A stretch of 64,000 nucleotides of DNA from Vitrella brassicaformis CCMP3155 (Eukaryota; Protista; Chromerida), in NCBI GenBank assembly GCA_001179505.1, contig CDMY01000474.1:1-64000 (forward strand), in the 5' to 3' direction. Below the pieces are notes generated by a model. That model saw nothing but the letters and a program-made list of their open reading frames with translations, searched no databases and was not told where the DNA came from. This document shows positions 11,981 to 23,711 of this stretch, one piece after another (the first letter of the stretch is position 1; every line of letters starts with the position of its first letter). Made by a program: the position numbers and the translations under genes.

Positions 11981-13653
11981 CTACGCTTCTCCATTCTGCG
12001 TCTCGTATCTTGGCCAGTCGTCGCCCTCAGTGAATGCCTCGAGCTCCTCGCTCGTCATCTCACACCGCTCGTCAGCGCCGCGTGCCGGGATGCCAGCCGC
12101 GTCCACCACACGCGTGACGTTGTAGCCTGCAGCCTCCAACCCAGTCAGCAGCAGATCGTCGTCATGTATCCCCACCAGGGCATCCTGCAGGCCAGGCAAG
12201 GCACCACACACAAGACACCCATACATACATGCCCACCCATCCGTTTCGGCCGCCGGTGGTTTCCTTCCTTCGTTTCTCGCGCTCTTACCCATTCCAGGGC
12301 GAAGACGAACAGCGGCCGGCATGGACCTCTTTGACCCTCACCCTCACCACCAATGACGTTTGTGACGTTCCTCTGGCCCGTGGCGTTGGCCTGGCTCGTG
12401 TTGAGTGTGAAGTTGGACCCACTTGTGGCGTTCGCTTGACTCGTGGAGTTGCCCTCGCTCGTGACGTTCGCTTGAGTCGTCCCATTGGTGTCCGTCACCG
12501 CCTCCCTCGTGCCATTGGCCAGGAGGAAGAGCACCCTGTCGAGCCACAGCTGATTCCTTCGGCTGGTGGCCTCCTTGCGGGTACGGTTGGCCGCCGAGAA
12601 CAGCTCCTGCAGCTGCTCGTTGTCGCGGCACGCAGCCTGACGGGCCTCCAGCTCGCCCAGCAGCTCGTCGCTGAAGTATCCCTCATAGTAGAACGACCCC
12701 TTGGAAGCGTTGATGTCCTTGAGCGGGGCGAAATTAAGGCCGCACTCCTCGAAGGCGAAAAGCCGCTCCAGCATGGCCCGGTCACCTTGCTTCCACGCGT
12801 AGACGACGGGCGACTGCGGCGTCGTCAGGGTGGACGGCGGGTACCTGGTGAAGTTCCTGGTGAGGGCCTCGTAAACCGCCAGAGTCATGTTCAGGTAGAC
12901 CATCTGCGTGTCGAGTGGAATGTCCCTCGAGTAGTCAAGCGACTGACCCGCCTCGCGTTGCGTCTCGATGGCTGCCGCGGCCGCGCCTTCTCGTGTGCCG
13001 AGAGAGCCGATGTAGCCGGCAAGGGAGAGCCCGTCGGACGCCATGGCACAGTTGAACATATAGTTCCTCTCAAGCAGGAAGTGCAGGGCGATAGCAGATC
13101 CGAAGGGCGTCGAGTTCATGATCTCCCCCGACCACTGCTCGTCGACGTCGTACTGCTCGGGACTGGTGCTAAGGCCTTCCACGAGGTCATGCAAGCGGCC
13201 CAGACGCTCCTCTACCACAGGGTAGCTGTCCAGCTGGTCAAACAGGGTCCGAGCCAGAGGCAGCGGAATGTCGGGAAGCGGCTCCTCCTCCTCACTGCCG
13301 GCATCCTCCCCCACGACGACATCTGGCTGCGCCTTGTAGAATAGCCTGTCCACCAGCGAGAGGGCGTCCCCCTCATAAGGCCTATAGAACAGACCCAACT
13401 TGGATGTGCCAATGAGGTAAGCCTTCACACCCTCCTGATCCTCCACCTGACGACACAACAGCACCATGCAGGCAGTGCCGTGCCTCGTGCGTGCCTAGAT
13501 CTGTGTGTCTGACGGCTGGTGCATGGCGCCTACCCTCCAGATGAGAGGTCTTGGCGCACCATCTTCGCCCAGTCCTCGCAGTCGCTGCCGGGTAGATGCG
13601 AAGCCGCACACGAGCAAGGAGAGCACGGCGAAGATGGTGGCCTTCATATTCAT
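11981..13653 (-). CDS. Secreted TraB/GumN (TIKI-like) family protein with an N-glycosylation-rich insertion, 3 exons
   Basis: Signal peptide MKATIFAVLSLLVCGFAS. Family motifs YLIGTSK (cf. YLFGTIH), AWKQGD, RRNQLWLDRV, and LFVFALEW|DALVG...LLTGLEAAGYNVTRV (cf. FVAVGAGHL...L...GY.V.RV). Confidence 0.7.
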
Positions 13654-14030
13654 GGAGGAGGAGGGTAGATCTTTGTCAGGGTTCCGGCCGTTAACAGAGA
13701 AGCTCGCAAATCTTGGATCTTTCCCTTTTGGCTGGTTTTTCCCTTTGGCAAGTATGTGTGACTCCCCACGAGGAGATCCAACAATAAAATCGCAGAACGG
13801 ATGCGTCAAAAGCGAGAAAAACGGTGGTTCGACCCTCACTCGATCAGCTGGAAAATGACGGATTCTCGTCAAAAATGAGCACCTGTGAAGGTCTCAAAGA
13901 CCTCAATCGAGACCTTCAGTCAGCCACGGATCGGGGGAATTCCTCTGCTCCGAGTCGTCAGGCGGAGGCCCCCACCGTGCCCCCGGCCCAGTCTTCGGCT
14001 TTTTCCTTTTTCTCCGCCGACAATTGAGTG

Positions 14031-17000
14031 ATGGTGCTTGACAAGTCGACGGCAATGGATGCTCCGGAGGAGCGGCATAAAGTGGCAGTGAGAGTGCGGC
14101 CCTACCTGCCAAAAGAGAAGGAGCACCCAGGGGACTCGCCTGTGAGATGCCTTACCGAGAGATGTGTGCAGGTGAGTATGCAAGAGAGACAACTGGCTGA
14201 CCGCATGCTGGTGTGATTGAATGCATGTCGTGAGCAGGTGCTGCTTCCGTCTGATGGCAGTGTGGAGGGCCAGATAGAGCCCGGCATCAGGTACTGATAA
14301 AGACATGAAAGGTTGTCATTGGACTGTCTTGTGTCTACTGGACAGACACAAAGACTACTTCTTCGACCATATATTCAACTCTGGTACTAAGTAACACAGA
14401 CCAGAGAACCACCAAATCACAGCGTCGTTCTGTCATTCAATGTCGTTCTCTTCGTGTGTATGCAGTTGACCGCAGTAACGACAAGTATGCGGGTCAGCGT
14501 GAGGTGTACCAGACCATGGGGCGGATGATGCTCAAGAGTGCGTGGCGGGGGTTCAACACGTGCCTCTTGGCTTATGGACAAACGGGGTCAGGGAAAAGCC
14601 ACTCGGTCGTGGGTACCGACACCGATCCCGGCCTCTTGCCACGCATCGCGACAAAGCTCTTTGAGATTGTGGCCGAGCACGATAGGAGACAGCAGCTGGC
14701 TCAGAAGAACCGTGGGGACATCCGCGGTGTCGCAAGACGAAAGTCGCTAGCCCACGGCCTTCGGTCGCTGCCAAGGACAGGCAGCGACGACAGAGACTTA
14801 GGTCACTCGCCAGCTGTCACCCCTGGGTCCGTCAAGCCCTCTCCGGCACTCACTCTGTTGCAGAGACAAAAGTCAGACAAACTGCTGGACTACGCCGAGG
14901 TAATCACATGCACACAGCAGAGGCCAGTCGGATTGATGGATGGTCCAATCCATGCAGGAGGACGAAGGCGCGCTCACGATGGAGGTGCCACTCCAAGACG
15001 CTTCCAAGCCAAGGGCGGCCCTGACGGCCGAGGTGTTCAAGAGGCTCGGCCAGACAGGCAGTGTGATGCACAGCGGGTCGATATCTAAGCCCACGGTGTC
15101 GGCCAAAGGAAAGAAGACCGAAAAACCAATCGAGAAGGGCAAGGTCATCATTACCATGACCTTCATTGAGGTGCGCACGTGTGTGTATAGATATGGAAGG
15201 CTCTTGGACGACTGGGGGCGTTTGTGTGTGTGTGTGTGAACATACAACAGATCTATCATGAGAAGGTGCGTGACTTGCTGGCATTGCCAAACCAAGATGC
15301 AGCCTGCCAGGTTCACACTCACCCCACCATCGGCGTATTCCTTAATGGTGCCGTTCAGCCTGTCGTCACGTCAATCAATGTATGTAGGAAAAACTCGCTT
15401 CCGCTTTCTCATTTCCTTGTTTGCGGTGTGCGTGCAGGATTTGAACACCTATGTCTCCTATGGCCTGCGGTCCCGCTCGACGGCCAACACGGGCCTCAAT
15501 GCCCACAGCTCCCGGAGCCACGCCATAGTCACCCTCTACATTAATAGGGTGGGTGAATGCGCTGGCCGTCTCCACCTGGTGGATCTGGCTGGTGCTGAGA
15601 ATGTGTCCAACGTCCGTGGGGGGCAGGAGAGGCAGACAGAGGGAAGGTATATCAACAAGGGGCTCCTGCAGCTGTCGATCGTCATCAACCAGATCGTGGA
15701 GAAACAGAAACAGCAGAAAATGGCCGAGTTCGCCATCCCGGGAAGCGAGACGAAGCAGCGTAGGAAAGAGACAGCAGCCCCATCGGCATTTGTATTCGTA
15801 TCTGAATTGTGCGTCTGTGTCTCTTTCGCAGGCCATATTGCCTACAGAGACTCAAAGCTGACCTACTTTCTGTCGGACTCATTGGAAGGCAACAGCCGGA
15901 CAGCGCTGCTGGCCAATATCAGCCCCAATTCGAAGGACCTGCAGTACACCCTGTCCACCTTGCGCTTCGCCGAGCTCATGTCCCGCATCAAAGTCAAGCC
16001 GCGTATCAACAAAACACCGCAGGCCCTGCTCGATGACTTGCGGAAATACATGAACAGGTGCGTAGCCCAAGTCACCGAGCACCTTCGTACTAGTGTGTTT
16101 TTGTCAGTCTGAAGTCGGGGCTGGCGATGAATGAGGATGGTCGGCTTGAGACGCTTATGAAGGACATACAGGAAATACAAGACGTCGAGAAGTTTGCGGA
16201 GATACTCAAGGTGACCCAGAGGAGCGAAGATACACAGAGATTCACGAAGGAGTTGACACTCATCCGTGGTCTCTCCAGGGTCTGGCCACGGGCTACGGTG
16301 CCACCGCACAACGCGACGACACGCGGACACGGGTGGAGATAGACAACAAGTGCCCACTGCATTGACTGACGTGGCGTCTCTGTCTCTTTCTCTCTCACGC
16401 AGCGGCGTATGAGTCATCATCTGGGTGGCGGCGGGTCGATCATGACGCCTTTTCTCACCAACATATCCGTGGATCCCATCCTCAACAACAAAATCAAGCT
16501 TGTGCTCAGCCAGCCCTCACAAACTATCGGCACCGACCTCACGTGCGAGCTCGTCCTGCAGGGCCTCGGCATTCTGCCAGCTCACTGTCGACTCAGGCGA
16601 CCCCCCGAGGAGAAGCCCCCTACCCTGCCAGAAGGGGCCAACCTCATGCTGCCCATCAGCACAGCACCTACGGTGGCCTTCCAGGTACAGCCGAGCGGAG
16701 AATCCTTCTCATCGGGTGACTCGTCCTCTGCCGTCGGTTCGCCCCAACGATCCATTCTGCGCGGCTCTGCGTCCTCGTCACCAGCGGCGAGAGGCTCTGC
16801 GCGCCGAGTGACCCTCGTGGAAGGGCCGTTCGGCAACCCTGTGTTGCAGCAAGAAGACGAGAGACAAGAGGATATGGCACCGGCAGATGAGACTGGCAGC
16901 GCAGAGAAAGACGAGAGTGAGTCGCTGTCGGAGTCTGCGGCGTCAGCTGATCACGAGTTCCACGGGCATGAGAGTCAGCAGTCTGTGTCGCCCAGCGGAA

Positions 17001-20000
17001 TAATGGCGTTCTCTGATGGGCTAGCTCAGCAGGCGTTCCTGGAAGCCTGCAGCGACGCCATGGAGGGCGGACTTGGTATCGAAACACGACGGGAGCACCT
17101 CTCGCAACGATTGACACTGTTGTCCTTGTATCATGTCGTGTATTAGGCAGCGTGGTGGTCAACGGTCGTGTGTTGCGTGCGGGTGAGGAGCTTGAGCTCC
17201 AGCACGGCGATTGGATCGTCTTCGGACAGGGACAGGTCTTCCGCATGGTCTTCCCACGTACGTAATCCGTCGTTCACCGTCCTGCTTTATTGACAGTGCC
17301 TGCATCGTGAGTCTGCGTGGTGTAGTGCGCTACGTTGAGGATCCTCAGCTGCTGGAGCAAGACAACAAAAAGGATCAGCAGCTCTACGGCACCGTCATGG
17401 ACGAGTTGCAGAAAATAAACGCCAAGTGCGACAAGCAGCAAACATCACGCCTGATTCATCAGTGAATCATCACTCATTTCGTCTGTCTCCCTCTCTCACA
17501 GGGCTGTTCGGCGGCACAGCACGTCCGACAACTGGGAGAAGACGGCTCTCAAGCTCTATGGGGAGGAGAAGGCGGCAGAGCTCAAGCGTCAAGTCGAGGC
17601 CCTTCAGCCTCTCGTAGAGGAAGCCAACCAGCTGACGGTTGCAGTCAGAGGCACAGAGAGCTCCGATGGCGGCCAGCAGGGAGTGGTCGACTACGAGTTT
17701 TTTATCGGTATTACGACCGACTCCCTCCAGCTCGACGCCGTTACACCGCAGTCAGTCGTTGTACAGCGGGACAACCTCAATTCACTCCGCCCCGACGGTC
17801 GACAGAGGACTATCGTCAAGCCCCTCGACGAGACGACCGGCACGCACTATAAGGTGGCTCGGCATACACATTCCATGGCTCATCTGCGTATGGTGCGTCT
17901 GTTCCTCTTCCAGACAGTGGGGGTGCATCTGCCAAGGGGCTTTGAGGATCTTGTGGAACAGTTCAGAAGCGTCCACAGGGAGGGTGGCTACGGGCCTGAC
18001 CAGAGGCAGGAGGCAGATCATGCTGCCGCTGGCTACGAGCGGGGTGTCGATGGAAAAGACCCGTGGCTGCCATTGCCAAGCTCCATGTGGAAGGGCCTTC
18101 TGGACAATGCTAGGTGGGTGGTGAGACATCTGAAGGATGAAGCATCCATGGACAGTTCTGTGCCGCCTTTTCAGTCGTCGGCAGCAGATGTTGGTGGATG
18201 AGCTCATTGAGGCGAGGCAAGCGTCCACCCACAGCAAGAAAGAGACCGAGGCCAGAAGCGAACAGCAGGCGCAGCTCCGCCTCGACATGGCCAAAGCTCA
18301 GGTAACGATTGACCGGCCAACTTCTCCTTTTCTCTCCTGCTCAACTGTCACCTCAGACTGAGCTAGAGCACCTTCGCAAGGCAGTGGAGGAGCAGACTGC
18401 CTCCAGCAAGAAGTTGGCTGAGGAGCGAGATCACCTCCTGCGCGAGAACGGCCAGCTTTCTCTCTTATGCGAGAGGCTGGAGAAGGAGAAAGACACCGAC
18501 GCGACTGCCAAGCTGCAGCAGCAGCGGATGGATGACCAACACGCCGCTGCCATCAAAGTAAGACAGGCATCTGCACAAGAAAGAAGAACTATTGTCTGGT
18601 GTTTGCAGGCTGCCGTGACGAGTGCCGAAATCGAGTGGAAGACCAGGGCTGAGGAGGCGCAGAAACGATATGAGACAGAACTTGAGAAGGAGAGGGAGAT
18701 CGCAACGCTCCACAGAGAGGTACTCGTGCCTACCTGTAGGTGCCCACAGGACCCATCGCTTTCTTTTCGTGCTGGCAGAGGGCGGATGGTCTGCAGTCAA
18801 TGCTTGACGAGCGTATCAAGGATCTCACAAGGCAGCTCAACGACGCCAGGAAGAGCGCCAAGGAGCAGGAAGACTACTACCGGCAGCAGCTGACGGACCA
18901 GGGGGCCAACAGTCAGCAAACCCAACAAAGACTCATCAATCAGCATGCACAAAAGGTGGAGGACCTGCTGAATCTGCTGCACGCGGCCAAGAACGAGGCC
19001 CACATGAATCTGAAGGACAGAGACCAGCTGGAGAGGACTATCCAGAAGCTGGAGCACCAGCTGCACGAGGAGGGGGAGAGATCGCAGGAGAGGGAGGCGG
19101 CACACGTTGAAGAAGTAGATAGACTCAATTGCACCATCAGAGAGCTACAGGTGAGAAGGGACATATACACGCATCGTTTGTATTGATGTGAGTCTGTGTG
19201 TATGTCAGGGTGATCTAGAGGAGAAGTCGCATCGTCTGGCTGAGTTGTCGAGATGGGAGGCCGAGTATGGTGCGCTTCTGGACAGCCGAGAGGCCACGCA
19301 GCAGCAGCTCGATGAGATCAAGCAGAAGGCCATCAAACTACTAAGAGGGTAGGCAGACATTGTCCACACCTACACACCACATTTAGAGTGGGAATGACAG
19401 ATAGAAGTGATGAAAAGGAGGGAGACACACATTTCCGTAGGGGTCGGGGAGCACCGGACATGTAGAAGGCAGAAGAGTAGAGTAGTCTCGTTACATCGTG
19501 CCCGGCTTTCTGTTCATGTAACCACCGCTTTATCCGCCAATCTCCGCTGAGACATATGTATGTGCATGCAGTTCAGACACTCTTTCTTCTTCTTTTGTGC
19601 ATCCATCCTATCCATGTGCCTGTCAATAGACTCCGACTACATGTGCCGTGCCGTCTATACATAGCTCTAGTAGCTTTCCTTGCCCCCACCACTGCTGGCC
19701 AACAGCCACACTTTCCATGATGCGAGTGAGGTCTTCAAAAGACCTAGTTCCCTTGTATGAATGGCCGCATGCCCTGGTCTGTCTGCTGTGTGTGCGTCTT
19801 GGATGCAGGATGGTCAAGGTGCACGCGCGGAACGAGGAGCTGGCAAGGCTGGTGCGGGACTATCGAAGGACACGATTCAACTACAACCTAGAACTCTATC
19901 GCAAGGTACCCTTTCCACGCAGTTCGCCGCATTGCTTTCCCTCCGTGTCTGATAACAGTTTGCCGAGTTTTATCACTTTCTGCATCGCTCCGGCTTGTTC

Positions 20001-20988
20001 AAAGACACAGCTCTCCACGACGCGAGCGCTGCCAAGGCCTGGGGATGTCTGAGGAGGCTGGCGCACGGCTGGAACCCGAGACACCAGGTCATCAAGTCGC
20101 GGCGGAACCGACATGCACATATCAACGAGAGATTCTACTTCTCAAGCCCTGCCGAGTGAGTCGAGAGAGAGACACAATCGGACCTATGCTGTCAAACGTC
20201 CATGTTTGCACTTCAGTGAGGCAACCGACGAGTGGAATATCGCAAGTCAGCGGTTGGACATCCCCATCAAGAACGCCGAGTACCTCGTCTACCCCCCGCC
20301 CTTCGAGGAGCCACCAGGCAAATCAATGAAGCCGTCTCGATCGTCGCCGAGCCTTCACCAGCCCATGATGCAGACGGAGACACCAGTGGGGCCACCGCCG
20401 CAAGGAGAAGCTGACCTTGGTGATGACGAAGGCGAGGGAGAGGGAGATGGCGGGGAGCCGCCCGCGGCGTGGGGTAACTGGAACGAGTGGTTTCAGGAGG
20501 TCAAGGACGAGTGGGGCGGGCTGCTGGCCCATCAGGACGTGCACCTAGCAGAGAAGGGAGACTTGTCGGACCCTCCGCCATGTGCAACTGCCGCAGAGGA
20601 GGCGGCATTTCAAACGCCTGTGTTCTCGAGACCTGACACATACCAAGGGTACGCACACACATACGTGCAAACGACAAACCTCACATGCCTTTGTGTGCCT
20701 TGTGTGTGAGTGTCGGCTTGCAGATCTCGTGTGGCCCCTGTGTCCCATCACCCCACGCACTTGCCTGACTACTCCAATAAGGCTCCCTACAAGGCGAGGC
20801 AGGGATGGGGCGGCGAGGCAGGGATGCCCCCCAGCTCACATCGCACCGGCAAATCATCGCCGGGCCGCTCCACACACCTGGAGCCATCCCGGCCCACATC
20901 TGCAGTGTCGAGACCCACCTCAGCCACCAAGAGGCAGCAACAGCAGGCGCATAGTCGGCCGTCATCAGCAGGGCTGACGTATAGATGA
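14031..20988 (+). CDS. Kinesin motor protein, kinesin-3-like (motor, FHA-like region, long coiled coil, C-terminal tail)
   Basis: VAVRVRP, P-loop AYGQTGSGKSHS, FIE|IYHEKVRDLL, switch I NAHSSRSH, switch II DLAGAE, HIAYRDSKLT. FHA-like LVLQGLGILPAHC follows, then coiled-coil exons. Splice phases stay consistent to the stop at 20988 if 19349-19809 is a single intron; the 3' end is less certain. Confidence 0.9.
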
Positions 20989-21244
20989 GATATGTCTGTG
21001 TGCGATGATGATAGATAAGGGTTATTCGGCCGAAGGACAGACGGCTGTGTGATGACGATACATAGATAATATGTGTCCCTCATGGGTACCATGCAACGCC
21101 TGCCGGTCAGCGGTCTATGGATCCTGACTGCACACTACTCTCACTGTACACACGCTTTCTCAAAGCCTCTGTCGCTTCCGTCCACTCATCATTCACCGTG
21201 AGCACTTAGTGCCTGTCTGCCTGGTTGGGTGGCCATCAATCATC

Positions 21245-21934
21245 TCATCTCCACCCCCTCTCAGCCTCCTGCAGCACATACTCCGCCACAGCAGCAACAT
21301 CCTCATCAGTCAACCTCGGACCAAAGGTACACTGCACACACCACACACACACACACACACATGCACGGACGGTGCAGACTCATATCAACGGCTGGCTCTC
21401 GTCCCTCACCCGTGATTTCGGGTTGCAGCTCTCGCCAAATCCGGGCATGTTCGCCACGCCATAGTAGGTCACCTGATAGAGCTTGTCGACGTCATAGATT
21501 TTGTTGCCGATGAGGTCTCCCTTCTTGAGTGTCTTGCCGGCACGAGCCGACGCTATCACATTGCCACCGCCAGCATGGCACGCTGCACAGTTGATGTTGA
21601 AAACATCCTCACCCCGTGTTGCGCCAATGACCGGGTCGATGGGAAGGCTGGCGAGAGCAACGAGGGCAAAAGGCAGCAACACACTCCGCAGGAGGCTCTG
21701 CAAAGGCTGGGTAGCATCGGTTGCAGCGTCGTGTCGTGGCTCAGACGCCTTCAGCAACCCGCTGCCGAGAGATCTCCTGTCGCTGTGGGACAGGTGGGAT
21801 GGTCGTTGCGCCGTCTGCTGCAGTCGTGTAAGCGAGGGAGTGAAGGCAGTGAAAGAATGAGTTGTTGAAGAGAAGACGACAACTGCGACGACAAGTTGCG
21901 TCACCAGCTGGTGGAGACCTCTGAACAGCCGCAT
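21245..21934 (-). CDS. Cytochrome c6A (two-cysteine loop-insertion peptide), plastid lumen-targeted, 2 exons
   Basis: CAACH heme motif. The intron at 21332-21409 joins LYQVTYYGVANMPGFGESCNPKSR|CTFGPRLTDEDVAAVAEYVLQEAERGWR*. The leader has a signal peptide, transit peptide and a second hydrophobic lumen signal. Confidence 0.92.
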
Positions 21935-22109
21935 CGTCCAGACGGATTCGTGACGGGATCTTCCTGCAGGCTTAGCTCGCAGCTTTCCTCCGTTTTTCCA
22001 TTGCAGATGGACTCAGCACTTCTAGACGTGGACACAAATTCACAGAGTAGGTATGTCACATCGACATATCATCCAGTCTCGTGGTCTCGGCCGTTTGCTG
22101 CCTCACGTC

Positions 22110-23308
22110 CTACTTGGCTCTACCGAACTGCCCCAGCAGCTCAGCAAGCTTCTCATTGTCTAATCTCGGCAGCCCGCTGCGCGCCCCCTGGTGCTTCAAC
22201 TTCTCGTGCGCAATGAGGCCACCCCACACCAGCACCCTCTCCACACACCATCCCCTCAGCAGCCCGAAGATGACACCGCCGATGAAGGCGTCCCCGGCCC
22301 CCGTCGTGTCAACGATCTCCGACTCGTCGATGGGCCACGCGCTGCAGTGCACCGCTGCATGACAGCCCTCGCCACTCAATGCATCAACTGCTGGCGGCTC
22401 GTCGCACCAATCGACCAAAGCGATCTCGTCAGTGGTCACAGTGGCATACCGCAGCTTGACGGGCACGTGGGAGCGTAAGGGTGAAGGGCCATCGACATGG
22501 AGGGAGGGGTGAAAGGGGCAGGGCATGAGCATCACAGCCCCCCGCTCGCCGAGGGTGGAGCACACAAGCCGCCTCGTGGGGCACTTGGCAGACAGATGAC
22601 GCATTCCGTGCAGGAAAGATGAGTCCACCGGCGCATTGGGGGAGGAGGAAGGGGAAGAAGACGGGGCGAACTGCTTGGGGTAGCGGCTGTTGGTGAACAG
22701 GACATCCGCGAGAGCGAGGAGCTCTGGTAGCCCTTCACGATCCTGAGCAACGAGCGAAGGGAGGCCAACCAATGAAATGGAGAGAACACCAGACCATCAT
22801 CGTCTTTGCCCACCTTTTCTGCATCCAGTGAGATCGTCACGCCAGCCTCTTTGGCCAACTCAGCCAGTCGACAGGCGGCCGCTGGTTGCCTCGCATCTGA
22901 GTGTACCCAACGAATGCCCGCATCCCTCCGAAACATGTCGTCTGCTACATCATTCGCCCCCATCTCCTTCGGGCAGGGCGTGTGGATGCACGTGCGGGTC
23001 TTGGCAGCCTCATCGACGATCACATAAGTGAATGGCGAGGGGACGCCAGGATAGGTCAGGACCAGGCTTGTGTCGATACCGTCCTCACGCAGCTCATTGA
23101 GTATGGTCTGCCCGTTGCTGTCGTCTCCGACACACGTGATTATGCCGCACTTCACACCCAGCCGAGAGAGGGCCGTGCATGTGTTGCCGGCGTTGCCGCC
23201 TCCCTCTATGCTGAGCGACTCTGTCCTGATCTTGTCGTCGGGCTCCGGATAAGCCGCTACACGGGCGAGAAAGTCGACTCCAGCAGCACCGACACAAAGA
23301 ACCTTCAT
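22110..23308 (-). CDS. PfkB/ribokinase-family carbohydrate kinase, 2 exons
   Basis: VLCVGAAGVD, GGGNAGNTCTALSRLG, VGDDSNG, LDAEK|DREGL, TLGERGA, and the C-terminal signature IVDTTGAGDAFIGG. Confidence 0.92.
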
Positions 23309-23711
23309 TGTCGGCACTGTGCGATGAGTCCCTCGCAACCGCAACTGAAGAAAGCGAACAGACAAGTGGCAGATCTGTGTGCTGGTATGTTGCTTCACTC
23401 ACGCAGTACCGATCTTTCGTTCCGCCCAGCTGCATTCAGCACAAACGCCGCAGCGAAGTGTTCGCGGATTCCCCTGCTGACGAAGAGAAGCACAAGAAGG
23501 CCTTGGAGCCGAGTGTTCAGCATCAAAAGGGGAAGTCCGAGGAAAGAAAAGCTCGCGTGGGGGTCTGGGGGCGAGACGCCAGAACGGGAGGCAATCTCGG
23601 CCACGACATTCACCTATATAGACTTGCTGTGTCCCGAAGGCCAGACAATCTTGGTTGAACTTCCCAACCAGTTCCAATTGACCAGTTCAGTTCTCTCGGG
23701 GTCCTTCAGCC

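Noticed and set aside
12229-13344. 371-aa plus-strand ORF (similarly 22901-23848 +, 39235-40083 +, 51143-52099 -, 1307-1996 -)
   Set aside because: These are antisense shadows of real GC3-rich genes on the opposite strand. They have no recognisable motifs or splice support.
19349-19809. Unusually long (~460 nt) kinesin intron as a possible host of an ncRNA
   Set aside because: I found no convincing C/D or H/ACA boxes or stable stem by eye. It could alternatively be a gene boundary.
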